Source of the DNA: Octopus bimaculoides
Taxonomy: Eukaryota
Reading direction: 5' to 3'
NCBI RefSeq assembly: GCF_001194135.2
Contig: NC_068984.1
Span: 83,750,045 to 83,796,433 of the forward strand
Length of the DNA stretch: 46,389 nucleotides
A program made the position numbers and the translations under genes. Shown piece after piece: positions 34,608 through 46,389 of the stretch. How positions within the stretch are numbered: the stretch's first letter is position 1; the number at the start of each line of letters is the position of its first letter. The notes beneath the pieces were generated by a model, which was not told the DNA's origin, made no database searches, and saw only the letters and a program-made list of their open reading frames with translations.

Positions 34608-35244
34608 CACACACACATACACAGTGAGAGAGGGAAAGTTCATGCTGTAAAGTTGTTGGTCATATGAAGGGCACTTATTTATAATTGTCCATTCCCCACC
34701 AAAAAAAAAAATAATAATAATAATAATAATATACACAGTTGATTAAATCATGGAAAAACAACAGATGAAGATCTATGACATATGATGAGACACTGTGAAA
34801 CTCATCCAATCCATTATCAGAGCGGGAAAAAAGAGGCAAATGTAAAATGACTGGAATTTTATATTTTTAATATACCCAGTTATAAACTCATTTCTTCACT
34901 GGGAATTTGTTTCTGCTCTATATAATTTCCTACTCTATAATTTACCTCTATATAGTACTTATTCCATACAAGGAAAATTAGTAACTTACTATGATGCATA
35001 TTTTAGTTTTAATAAAGCGGTTACTGATTGAGTATTTCAGAAAGGCATTCAGTTGTGTGTTAATTCACGATGTGTCATGACATAACCTAAGATGTGAGTG
35101 AGCAACAAATTTTTAAGTTTGACAGAGTGCCCTAATGACTGACCAATTTAAAATGAAAAAGATTTATGGATAAGAGAAAAAATTTTTGATAAAGCAAATT
35201 TATCATATAAAAGAAGTAATCATTCATTGAAAATCATTCTTTCA

Positions 35245-35570
35245 TTATCATCATCATTTTCCGTCTGCTTTCCACACTGGCATGGGTTGGATGGGTTGTC
35301 AGAGTCCAAGTCGGTTCCTATTCAGAGTTATCATCCTACTAGAAGAATTAGGAGACTATGTTTAACTTGGATGTTAAGTTTGGCATAGTTTCTACCTTCC
35401 TTATCACCAACTAGTTTAGAAAATGTACTGGATGCATTTTATCATGACACCAGCACTAAAAAGGTTATGTCCTTAACAAAGTATAGCAAGGATCCACTCA
35501 AGCCTACAATGTTTCCACTTGTTTCTCAATAACTTTATGGGTGTATTTTATCACGAAACCAGCACTAGTG
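35245..35570 (+). mobile_element. Repeat family D, degenerate
   Basis: catcatcattttccgtctgctttccacactggcatgggttgg...ggcatagtttctac. Confidence 0.55.
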
Positions 35571-36099
35571 TAGTTTCCTTGTACTCCACAATACTAAATT
35601 TTGAAATAATTGATTCATGACACTAGAAAATTATTTCCAATAATACCGGTAGGATAGGAACTATTAGCACTGTTGTGCTGCTATAAAAAACCTTTTTCTC
35701 AAAACTTCTAATAGCTCAATCCATCAGGAATTTTTTAAAGATATTTTGAATATTGGTTGTATCTTAAGGGAAAATTACACAGAAAGAAAGCAGTGAAAAA
35801 GCCACAAGGAAGAAATGTAAAAGAAACAAGAGTACAAAACAATAAGTTAGAAGAGAAAGCGAAAACAACAAAAGAATAAACAGGATAACAGTGAAGCATA
35901 TGATAATGTTGACAGTGAAGAAAACGATAGATATTATGACAATAAAGCCAAATGTCATATTAAAAAGATGACAACAGATAATGACAGTGAAGGATTGGAT
36001 ATAACAACATAGGATATAATGGGATAAGAATAACGGAGAACATCATAATGAGGATAATAACATGTAGTAATTAGATGTTATGTGAAGATACTATGTGAG

Positions 36100-36500
36100 G
36101 GTTGTTCAGTGAAGACGCTAAGTAAAGGTTATTGAGTGGGGATACTAATGGAAGATTGTTGGGTAAAGATGCCAGATAAAAGTTGGTGGGTAAAGTTAAT
36201 GAGTGAAGTCTGTTAAGGAAAACCTCAAGGTGAATGTTTTTAGAGAATGCTGCTAAAGGTTTTTAGGTGATAATACTCAGTAAAGTTGTAAGGTAGTCAT
36301 GCTAAATAAAGGCTGTTAGGTGAAGTTGCTAGGTTAAGGCTGTTAAGTAAAGATTACTAAGTGAAAGTCATTAGGTGAAGGCTGTTGGGAAAATGCTGTG
36401 AGGTGAAGGTTGTTAGATGAAGTTTAGCCAATGAAAGTTGCAGAGTGAATGTTCTTGGATGAAGGTTGTTGGGTAGAGGATGCTAGGTGAAGGCCGTTGA
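36100..36500. repeat. Degenerate minisatellite, unit ~14-15 bp (consensus about GGTGAAGGYTGTTA)
   Basis: Repeated ggtgaaggctgttg / ggtgaaggttgtta / aaggctgttaggtg units. Confidence 0.6.
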
Positions 36501-37815
36501 TGCTAAGGTTGTCATTACAGTATAACCATAGGTTAGCCTTCATCAAGCAGTTCAAAGACACACAAATCCTTCTCAGTCCTACTATACTTCTGTCAAATTG
36601 ACGATCATGCTGCATACTATCAGATTCAGTGATGAATCATATTGTACTCTCAACACTGTCAAGTCTATTCTTACACTCACACATTCTGATGATGGTGACA
36701 GTGGAGACAGGGAAGATGGACTTGGCACAGTGTAACAGCTGTTCAGCATTTATTGTTGGTGATATGTATCTCAACAATGAGTTTGGGCTATAGAGGCTAT
36801 TGATGTTGCAGCTATTTCTGTGTGTAAGTGTTCTTTATGCTTGTCCAGACCAAGTGAATGTGTTTTAGGATTTTCTGGGGTTAAGGTGCCGGGATGTGGC
36901 TTTTCATGTAGTGACAGGGGACTGAAACCTCCAGCAGTAACAAACTGTAGCTCTTGCATATTCAGATGGCCTTTCATTTATAGTACTTTAGTTGTAATAT
37001 GCCAGTGGTCTACAGGTATGGTTTATGTACAAACTTATATTACACAGCAGTCTGTTTTGTGTTCTTTATAGCTATTGTGCTTTGTTGGAGAGACTGGCAT
37101 AGCCCACGATGGATCTGATGTGTGTACATCATTGTGGTTTCTTTCTGTTAGTCATATACGGTACCTAAGTGTGTTCTAAGTATGTTTACATGTTATTTTG
37201 CTTTCTTTACTATCTGCTAATACAATATAGTGGAGTTGTTATGTAAACTCCAATGTTTTAGTCTTTTGTGAACCAGATATATTTATGTTGCTAGTATAAG
37301 TGTTGGTAGTATTTGATGTTTTCTGATGTCTTTAATAAGAAGGGAAACAAGGGATTTGGTAGGTGCTACTTCAAAGTAGTTATGAAACCAAATTCCTAGA
37401 GGATTTAAATAGAATAGTAGTTGTGCAGCAGTGTCTGGAGAATGGTGAGAGTATATGTATGTGTGACATCATATATCTACAAAGTTTGTATGTTTTATGG
37501 TGGTGTACTAAAGTTGTGTACATATAGGCTGAAAAGAGTCAGTAACATTGCAGTACTCCATTTGGGAAATTGCAAGTTCTGAAAGTGTTGTTTGGCCCCA
37601 AAATATTCAACATTTAAAATTTCCCTCTTGCACTTTGTGCACCTGAAAGAAAGGAGGGATAAAAATTGTGGAACAGACATATTTTTCATTTTGTATTCTT
37701 ATAATTTAGTGTAGCTTTTGATGGCTGACATTTAAGAAATATCTGTTAGGTGTTATTTGAGGTTGTTATTGTAACACAGAGTGGGGCATGATGTAACTGT
37801 TGTTGTATTAATTAT

Positions 37816-37847
<32 letters not shown>

Positions 37848-37989
37848 NNNNNNNNNNNNNNNNNNNNNNNNNNNNNNNNNNNNNNNNNNNNNNNNNNNNN
37901 NNNNNNNNNNNNNNNNNNNNNNNNNNNNNNNNNNNNNNNNNNNNNNNNNNNNNNNNNNNNNNNNNNNNNNNNNNNNNNNNNNNNNNNNN
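37848..37989. other. Assembly gap (N)
   Basis: N run. Confidence 1.
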
Positions 37990-39048
37990 TTTGGTGCTAA
38001 GTTTTATTTCAGTTGCGAATGAATTTGGTTCATTGTTTGAGGTTGTCTGTGGTTTTAATGACGCTGACTATTTCTGGTGTAAATGGGGTTATATTTTCTT
38101 TGCTCTTTGTTGAATATGGTTTTTAATGTGAATCGATAATTATTTTGTTGTGTGAGTGCCTATAATGTTAATTATGGTGTTGCTGAACTCTAAAAACTTT
38201 GAATATTTCTTGGCAGAACTTGTTCCACTGTGCTTTTTAGAAGTTTATAAAAGTCCTTTTTTTTTTTTCTTTCTTTCTTTCTTTATTGACAGGCAAGTGT
38301 GTTGTGATGATAACTTGTAGGTAGTTAGAGGAAATTTGGAGAACTGTTTGCTAATTAGTTGTGTAACTAACAGTGGGAGAAGACAGTAATGTCTGAGAAA
38401 GAGTTGTTGTAATTATAGTGATTTCAGGGGAATTTTACTGCTTTCTCTAAGCTCCCTGCTCTGGCAGTCCATCTGAATATGAGTTGCAGATTTTTTTTTC
38501 AGCCACCCTATCCAGATTAAACATCCTGATACTCAGACTATCCATTATGTTGCTGTTCCTGACATCATGCATATGGTCAATCCATTTTAAACAGACCTAT
38601 AAACAAAGACATTCCTGTCACAATCATTCTATCTTCATTCTTTGTGCAAGGAACCCAGAACCACATTATCCTATATGCACTTTTATAAGATAAGGTGTGA
38701 TTTGAGAGAGATTTCAGTGCTACCGCTAGGCTTCCTGCTTTGGCAATCCATCTGAACATTGATTGCTGACTATTGCAGCTACTCTGTCTGGATTAGTTCC
38801 TAATGTCATCATGCACACAATCAAACACACTCGTCTATATCAAAGGATTAAGTTATTACAAGATATGGCTTGTCACACTAGTGTAATTGTCGTAGTTGAG
38901 TTGGTAAATTGCACGTGTTGGTGTGAATTATTTAGGATATCAAGGGAGTCTAGTTGCAATGATATTATGCTAACTCTCATTACTTATACTTTCAAAATCA
39001 TGAGTACATTAAAATCTTCCCTAATGATGGTATTTGTGAGAGTATTAA

Positions 39049-39266
39049 CCCTTTAGCATTCAGATTACTGCCAAATGTAACACATATTTATTCATATTGC
39101 TTTGAACTAATCATGCATTATCTCTTAGCTTTGAGATTTCGATAATGTGAATGTTTATTTTTAGAATGACATAGTAGGGTAGGTGTGAAAGGCTAGATTT
39201 AGCTGGTTTGAATATAAAACAGGTAAAATATTTGGGCCAAATATTGCTGGTTTGAATACTAAAGAG
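39049..39266. mobile_element. 218-bp piggyBac-type MITE
   Basis: TTAA at 39045-39048 and 39267-39270; TIR ccctttagcatt / aatactaaagag (10 of 12 match). Confidence 0.8.
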
Positions 39267-40556
39267 TTAAAGTATTTAGCTAGGGTCTGAAACCTTGTGG
39301 GACAGCTGATAGTGGCACATATGCTTTGTTTTGAAAAACTGTATTTCTAAGTGTTGAGTTTTTCCCTATTAGTTTATGAATATCACTTATGATATCTATG
39401 TAACAAATGCAAGTTTCTATCTAATTTGATTATGGTACAATTTGAAATGGTGGACGTTCAGTGTTCATGCAGTGCTGCAAATCATAAAATTTTTTTTAGT
39501 TTCAGCAAGGTGTTTGCAATGTTGTATTGCACAATTTTAGATTGTCAGATGTTGATGCTTGGTGGAGGGTGTTTGGTGCAGACTACTGGATAAGATGAAG
39601 ATTATTAAGTGCAAGCATTTCAGTAAAGGACGTTAGATGAAAGTGAAGGTTATTTGAAGAAAACTGGTTCTTTGAATTTATAACTCAGGAATTTATTTGG
39701 AAACTACCATATTACATATCTGAGTTGCTAATAACAATGTGGACCACTGAGTTAAAGACAATGTCAAGTAATCATCTAAGTGAAACATTTGCGGCTTTCC
39801 ACTAACTCTCTCAATAGATAAAAATATTTCATAACAATCTACTAGGTATTACCCACAAGTAGATGAGCTAGACATAGAACTATGTACTCTTATCGGAAAT
39901 ACAATAAATTTGAACCTACAATACATGCTTACCAACATGCTAAAAATGTGGAGAGTTTTTTTTAATCTAAAATTATTAACAGTCAAACAAATGTCAGACT
40001 CACAAACTGCTACTTCCTTCATAAATAAAAAGATTGAGTAGGTGATGGTGCAACTAAGGAAAACGATTTAATAATGCATCAAAACTACTTAATGCTTTGA
40101 CTGGCCTTAGGTTTCAACATACCTAGTAACAATTCAAAACTCTACTGAGAAAACATTTTTAAGCAAAGCAACTTTACATAAATAATGTTTAGAGAATGAA
40201 TTTGTTTTTAAACAATTTCTCCAAGTCACAGTTTATATAATGCTCAATAACTTAAACTGAGTATCAGATAACTATGATGAAACAAATGTCTGGCCAAAGT
40301 CTAATGGATAAATTTTTTCAGTAAACAAATCTTAATATAAAAAATGCCACTGACATAACCTTTACAAAACAAACTGTCCAATGACTGGACATGTTATATC
40401 AGGAACAAAACAAATCACAAAGCAACCTTGCTTCAATTCTTTCCAAACATTACTTGTGCAATATAGATTAAAATGGCAGAAGTCAAAAAAAAAAAAATTA
40501 TTTTTTTAAAAAACATTAAAAATATAAACAATTCAAAGGCAGACACTTATACATAC

Positions 40557-43500
40557 CTTGAGATGTTGTCAGGTGGGCACAAAATGGTTTGGAATCAAAG
40601 ACACTTGATGCAGTTGCTGAAGAGAGCACAGAATTTGAGGTGGTGAAGTAACTGTGCAGACTAGTAGGTAACAAGTGCGATAGAGAAGAGGAAGAAGAAG
40701 GAGAAGAAGAAGTGGTGGAGGAGGAAGAGGAAGAACAAGGGTTGTGTGTAGAGAGGACATTAGGAGCAAGAACTTTACTGCCAGGTGAGGCAAACTGGGA
40801 CAGAGCTGTGCTGACAACTGCATTAGCAGCCGATACAGAACTACCACTACTGTCTATGCTTGTCGTCCAAGTGGGCAGCCCCAGATGGCTATTGGCCACT
40901 GCAGAAGTGCACAGCTCTGCAGCAGTTGTTGCAGTAGTCTGTAGCTGAGCAGCTGAAGACTGGTGTGTTTGTGGAACACTAATCAAACCTGTTGCTAGAC
41001 TACTGCTGCTGCTACTGCTGTTCTTGACTGCATGTAATGTAGCAGCTAATTTGGAATTAACAGCTTGCTGATGCAAGACATTACTACTAGGAAAGCTATA
41101 GTTTGTAGGTATCTCTTGCATTACATACAGATTATTGTCAAAAAGCTTGCCACTTTCATCCTTACAGTTTGATTTCTGACTAATCTGATTTGACTTCAAA
41201 ACTTCACTATCTCCTGATTCTGAAGGAGAATCAGATGGTTCTGATACACTTCCCAAACCAGAATCATTATTCAAAGACATCACATTTTTAACATTAGTGT
41301 CCTTATCCGAGAAAGGAGTAGAAGTGATGGCTACGGAACCTGTGAGGCTGCTCTGGTTAGAACTCTCAGATTCAGCATCCGAGAGAGAGGCTACTTTACT
41401 GCTGTCAGGACTCTCTTGAATTTGATTTAGCTCCACTGTGGTAGTATCACGCGTGGTCGTGGTGGTAGTAGTGGTGGCTGTAGTGGTGGTAGTGGTGGTG
41501 GTAGTGGTAGTGGTGGTGCTGAAGGTGGTATTACTGCTGCTGTCACTGGTAGAAGACCGATCCGTTTTCTCACTTGCTGGAATCTTAACCTGATGTGCTT
41601 TCAACGTGTTCTGATGCAACCCACTTGACAGTGATGAGACAGCTGAATTATTGCTGGCAACACTGCCACCCGACGTACTGCTTTTGTCAGAACAACTTTT
41701 ATAGAATGGAACATTGTGCTTATCAGAAGCCCAGTGGATATTCACAGAGCCACAAGCTCGGTCAGCTTTACTAGTCCGTGGAGCATTGTTAGCACATTTT
41801 TTCTGTTTGCGTGCACTTCCAGTCTGCCCTGCTGAAGTTTTCCTGAGTGGAGAAAACAAACTTGGCTCTGTTTTGCTTTGCTCTGAAACATCAACACCAC
41901 AGTGAGCAAACCTTTTATCAACATGCTCTGCTGAAGGATTGTGTAAAGTTGACTTGCTCCCGTCTTTGCTATGACTAGACTGAAAGGCCGCCACAGCTGA
42001 GTTTGATGCATTCTGGCTGTTTTTTGAATGACCTAGTAAATTTTGACCATTGAGTCCAACGCATTGATTGGTTTGTTCTTTAATGTTACCCAGCTGTATA
42101 TGACCATGGCTTATGGGTTTTGATAGAGTTGTGTTTGTGTGATGTCCAAGACTATCACAGATATACGTATTCTTATTAGGGAGAGAGTTCGAACAGGTGT
42201 ACGGTGTCTTGGGACTACCACTTTCAGATTCTTTACTATTTACAGGTAACTTAGACTTTAGACCAGCCATCAATTCTCCTCTAACTAATTGGGTATCCAA
42301 TGCTGGGATTAGGTCTTGCAGGCTGTCAGATCTTGAAGGGCTATTTTCATTCACTGACTCTAAATGGCCAGTATGTGGATTGATTAGCTGACCCCCTGTA
42401 GTGGAGTCTTTTGACAAAAGATTTGAGATCTGCCCAGATTTTCCTGCAGAATAATGTTGGACATTTGCAGGCAGTGTATTAGCATCACTTCTCTTGTGAT
42501 CAACAGAAAGTTTCTCATTTATTAACATATCTGAACTTTGAGATTTTGCAGAAACGGGACTATAGTCTTTTGGGTTGAATGTAGGGCTCGGGCAGGTAAC
42601 ATTGGGGGCAGATAATATGCCTTGGCTAGCCACAGCTGTTGACAATGTATTGGTGCTACTAGTTAGCGAAGAGGAAACATTATATGACATTAGAGGAGAA
42701 TTAGATGTGATCTGAAGAGATCCATCCCCGGCAACAGAAACCTGGGTGTTTGGGTTCTTCGGCTCTTTTATTTTTCTCTGCCGACGTTTGCGCTTAGGTG
42801 GACTGGCATCTGGAGGGGGGAGCATTTTACTAGAGGCCAGATTATTAAAGGGACCTGATAGAGCGTCTGTCTGGAGCAAGTTAACCAGTAAGGGACTGGA
42901 GGAAGTGACTGGCTTCGACATGCGAGGCACATTGTTCACAGTTGTTGTAGTGTGTGGATAGGGAGGGGGTGGAGGCAAGCCTGTTGGTGTCATACTTGCC
43001 CTGGTTGTGGTGGATGCATGGGATAAACTCTGTGTGGAGGGGTATTTGATACCAGGCTGACCAATTGGACTGCGACTGGTGCTTGGAGAGGACAATAAAC
43101 CTTGACTCTGCGAAGCAGGGTATCCAGTGGGGCTGCGACCTGGCGGTAAAGCTGAACTAGTTGTCGACGTCGAACAACGCGAGAATGACACGGTATTGAT
43201 CACACTGTTTGGTCTAAAGGGTATTGGTTCACACGATGATGCCACCACATTGGGAGACCTAAAGACTTCACTAGCCGGAGATGAGCAGTTCAATATCGAG
43301 TCCACCAAAGAAGTTCCAGGGCTAATAAATTTATTAACATCTTTCTTGCTGCTTGGTAAGGTAGACAGACTACCAGTGTCCTGGTTTGGTGCAATCTGGT
43401 CATGTAAGGGATTAGCCATACTCGCAGCAGGAGATGAGCTCTTGAATACCAACTCTGTTCGTTCATTGTTGTGACCAGCAATAGTCAGTGATATCAACTG

Positions 43501-43661
43501 ATCACCTTCAATTTGCACAGCCAGTACTCCAAGTTCCTTTAATGCAGCATGACCTTGTTGAGCCAACTGTTTCAAACGTACAGCTGCCTCACGAGGGATA
43601 TTGAATGTAACTCGAACACTATTCCATGGTTCCACTTTCTTCAACACTAGCTTTCGCTTAT
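40557..43661 (-). CDS. NCOA6: NCOA6 homologue, internal coding exon A (3105 bp): N-terminal conserved domain, LxxLL boxes, S/T-rich disordered region
   Basis: Open frame of 1035 codons. KLVLKKVEPWNSVRVTFNIPREAAVRLKQLAQQGHAALKELGVLAVQIEG closely matches the NCOA6 N-terminal domain, and SPLLVNLLQTD matches NCOA6 NR box 1. Acceptor tttctttgtttcttgcag|AT at 43661 and donor CAAG|gtatgt at 40557; phase 1 at both ends. Confidence 0.93.
40669..40683 (-). other. Second LxxLL motif (LSHLL), candidate NR box 2
   Basis: CTA TCG CAC TTG TTA within SSSLSHLLPTS. The motif is seen directly; its function is inferred. Confidence 0.5.
41455..41521 (-). repeat. Coding trinucleotide repeat giving a poly-Thr tract in exon A
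   Basis: STTTTTTTTTTTTATTTTTTTTRDTTT in the translated ORF. Confidence 0.9.
42874..42888 (-). other. LxxLL nuclear-receptor box 1 (LVNLL)
   Basis: Codons CTG GTT AAC TTG CTC within SSPLLVNLLQTD in exon A. Confidence 0.9.
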
Positions 43662-43712
43662 CTGCAAGAAACAAAGAAATGGTACAGAGTTAATATTTCA
43701 GCTCACTAAGAT

Positions 43713-43717
<5 letters not shown>

Positions 43718-43781
<64 letters not shown>
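43718..43781. repeat. (TC)n(AC)n compound microsatellite just upstream of the exon A acceptor
   Basis: Seen directly. Confidence 0.95.
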
Positions 43782-43783
<2 letters not shown>

Positions 43784-44184
43784 CACATTTGTTTTTAAAA
43801 ATGTTGGTTACTGTAACTTACTTTATCAAAAAATACATCAACACATTCTTTGGAAACACATTTTCAATTAGTAATAAAGCAGAGAAATGATGACACAAGG
43901 AGATAATACAACTATCTGTCTCTCAATTATACTCTAATCTCTCATCTGGCTCACAGTCACTTCACTTGGTTCCACTCCCTCTCTCCAATGAGAAGTCTGT
44001 CTTCCAAGCTACTTGGTGACCCTGCTAGTGCCACATAAAAAGCACCCAGTACACTTTGTAAAGTGATTAGCATTAGGAAGGGCATCTAGTCATAGATGCA
44101 AATGAAGCCTGCTATAGCTCTCCAACTTGTCAGCTCCTATCAAAACATTCAACCCATGCCAGCATGGAAAACAAATGCATAATG

Positions 44185-44217
<33 letters not shown>

Positions 44218-44259
44218 TAAAATCATCACCATCATCTTTTAACGTCTGCCTTCCATGCT

Positions 44260-44320
<61 letters not shown>

Positions 44321-46049
44321 GAAAAATAGGATTGCTTTGACTTTGTTGTTCTTAGGAATATCCATTTACCAATTCACTTTCTCTATAAATTTGATTGTTC
44401 TTTTTTAAAATATCACTTGTTCAACATGATAGTTGGTCATCATCTGGTTTTACCTTGCCTATTTACATGTTTAAAATTTACCTGATGATAGTTATAAATT
44501 TTAAACCTCACTTGTGTTCTTTTAAATGTATGCCACACCTGGAACCACCCCTGGATTGGCTCTATGATTTATATAGAATTAGCTGCCTCTGTATGTGCGC
44601 ACACACAAAGATGGAGGTGAATTTCCATTATATCCAAATAGAATTAATTTTTCAGTTCAGTGGGGTTTGTTTCAATAACTGGTCATAATTCTTACTGCAA
44701 CAACTTTAAAACAGTTTTGTTTTAGGAGTTTGTATTTGTGTCAACTCCTAGTAACTAAAATTTCTCACTACAATGGGGGAAAAAAACCTTTTTTTTTTTT
44801 TTCTGAGACAGAAGACCTATACAGTCAGACATGCATATTATATAGAATATTGATTCAAGTATGGACAATGTGACATCAAGAAGTCTGGTTATATTAACCA
44901 TTAGTGAGACACCGTATTGAGAACATGCAGCTGTATCAAAGAGACTAAATATAAAGTTGTCTGTGTTGCCATATGTTAGTATCCTTTATGTTACAGTCCA
45001 AGACAGTAATTCTGCAAAACCAAAACACAGATAGTCCAATTCACATTGTTCTTTAAATATATGTTGAAAGCATACTAATATGCTAATTTTGACAAGCAGT
45101 ACTCATGGAAATTCTATATTTATTTAAAAAACTTTAACATGAGTAGATGCTACGAGAGAACCATGAAATATGTATTTACATATGCACACACATACTGACA
45201 TTATATATACACACACACACACACACACAAAAAAGATATATGTATATGGAAGATATCTGTAATAGTTCACTACATGAACATAATGCTTCCATCTAATCAT
45301 ATCATTATTTTATATACTAAGTTACACTTAAAAAATATTTCAAATACATGTGAGAATAAGATGACTACAGACACAGTGATGTTACAATCTTAACAACATA
45401 TTCATAGTCTTCCTTCTCTCTCTCAATTTCCATATCACTTTCACCATCCCAACTATCTACTTTCTGCTTTTCCTCCAGACATTTACTTCCACTCTTACTC
45501 AACTTCTCACTTTTAGAGTTTTCTGCTTCTGTCACAATCTATCATTCACTATTCACCATTATCTATACCAATGCCACAACTATAACCAACTATTTCTTAC
45601 TCTTTCATTACACGACACAAAAAGTAGGTAGATAGGAACATACTGTTGTATCAATATACAATCCCTGCATTTTTGTGAATAATGATTTTTTTTTGTAGCA
45701 ATAATGACCATTTCATCATCTTTTTATGGATTCAGATTAGTAAGTACAAAAATATACCATCCATGATTCTTTCCAAATTTTAATTTCAAATCCAAGAGAC
45801 AATACCAGTTAAAATTAATAAAATCTAGTATAATTTATCATGAAACAATTTTAATGTTATTACAAAGTAATAATTCAAAATAATACAATTTTTGAAGGAT
45901 TACAATAGATACTTCCATCCCTTGATGTATGAATGCAGAGAAGCATACAAATTTATGCACACTACATGAATAATAATCTCTAGAATGTATTTTGGGTAAT
46001 GCACTCACAACTAGACACCCACCACACAAACACACTATACATATACATG

Positions 46050-46389
46050 TCAATGATGTTTATCCAAAAGAAAGAGCACCAACTTGGACCAGTATAGCTT
46101 CATCAACGTCATTGCAAGTGTTGGAATCAGCATGCAAAGAGTCGGAACAAAAGTTTCTACAGCTGGATGCCCTTCCTAACGCCAACCACTCAGAGAGTGT
46201 AGTGGGTGCTTTTACGTGTCACCCGCACGAAAACGGCCACGCTCGAAATGGTGTCTTTTATGTGCCACCCGCACAAGAGCCAGTCCAGGGGCACTGGCAA
46301 CGATCTCACTCGAAAATCCTACGGGAGCCAGTCAGGCGGTACTGGCAACGGCCACGCTCAAAATGGTGCATCTCATGTGCCACCCGCAC
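46050..46389 (+). mobile_element. Repeat family D, CpG-rich (young) copy with internal direct subrepeats; runs off the window edge
   Basis: tttctacagctggatgcccttcctaacgccaaccactc followed by repeated gtgccacccgcac, gagccagtc...ctggcaacg and ggccacgctc.aaatggtg units. Confidence 0.75.

Noticed and set aside
36771-36977. 68-aa minus-strand ORF as an extra NCOA6 exon
   Set aside because: No convincing phase-1 acceptor/donor pair, and it is surrounded by stops.
36950-38482. 13-bp inverted match ccatctgaatatg between ~36960 and ~38470
   Set aside because: Matches of this length are expected by chance many times in 46 kb.
40569-43481. Short ORFs overlapping exon A in other frames or on the other strand (e.g. 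43127-43474 +, 40712-40948 +), and the same for exon B
   Set aside because: Shadow ORFs of a long coding exon, with no independent signals.
43662-43674. ORF-track start (MFLA) for the 1052-aa ORF
   Set aside because: It lies in the polypyrimidine tract and acceptor; the conserved domain continues upstream in homologues, so the true start is in an earlier exon.
43700-46389. Search for the upstream NCOA6 exon encoding the start of the N-terminal domain
   Set aside because: No minus-strand frame with a recognisable match and a phase-1 donor was found; it is probably outside the window.
1-46389. CRISPR arrays, operons, rRNA or other prokaryotic systems
   Set aside because: The sequence is eukaryotic (spliceosomal introns, SINEs, microsatellites); no regularly spaced repeat-spacer array or rRNA-like segment was seen.

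Overview
AT-rich animal genomic DNA with five N-gaps and many microsatellites and SINEs. The repeat families resemble octopus/coleoid cephalopod repeats (inferred from recall, not from a search). The main feature is a minus-strand gene for a nuclear receptor coactivator 6 (NCOA6) homologue. I reconstruct four coding exons from splice signals and frame: 43661-40557 (3105 bp), 27410-24018 (3393 bp), 20482-20348 (135 bp) and 16635-16580 (terminal, TGA). All introns are phase 1, giving about 2229 aa in the window; the first coding exon appears to lie beyond the right edge. The protein has the NCOA6 N-terminal domain (VEPWNSVRVTFNIPREAA), NR box 1 (SPLLVNLLQTD) and a candidate NR box 2 (SLSHLLP). 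The remainder is transposon-derived or simple sequence: an R4/Dong-like retroelement fragment, hAT and DD37D (maT) transposase remnants, three MITEs with clear TIRs/TSDs, several SINE families, and a palindromic element containing TTAGGG repeats. I found no convincingly new biological system. The best leads are the modular all-phase-1 giant-exon architecture, inverted SINEs around exon 3, a SINE/LINE shared 3' tail, the palindrome/telomere-repeat element, and a CpG-depletion boundary suggesting a long 3' UTR.
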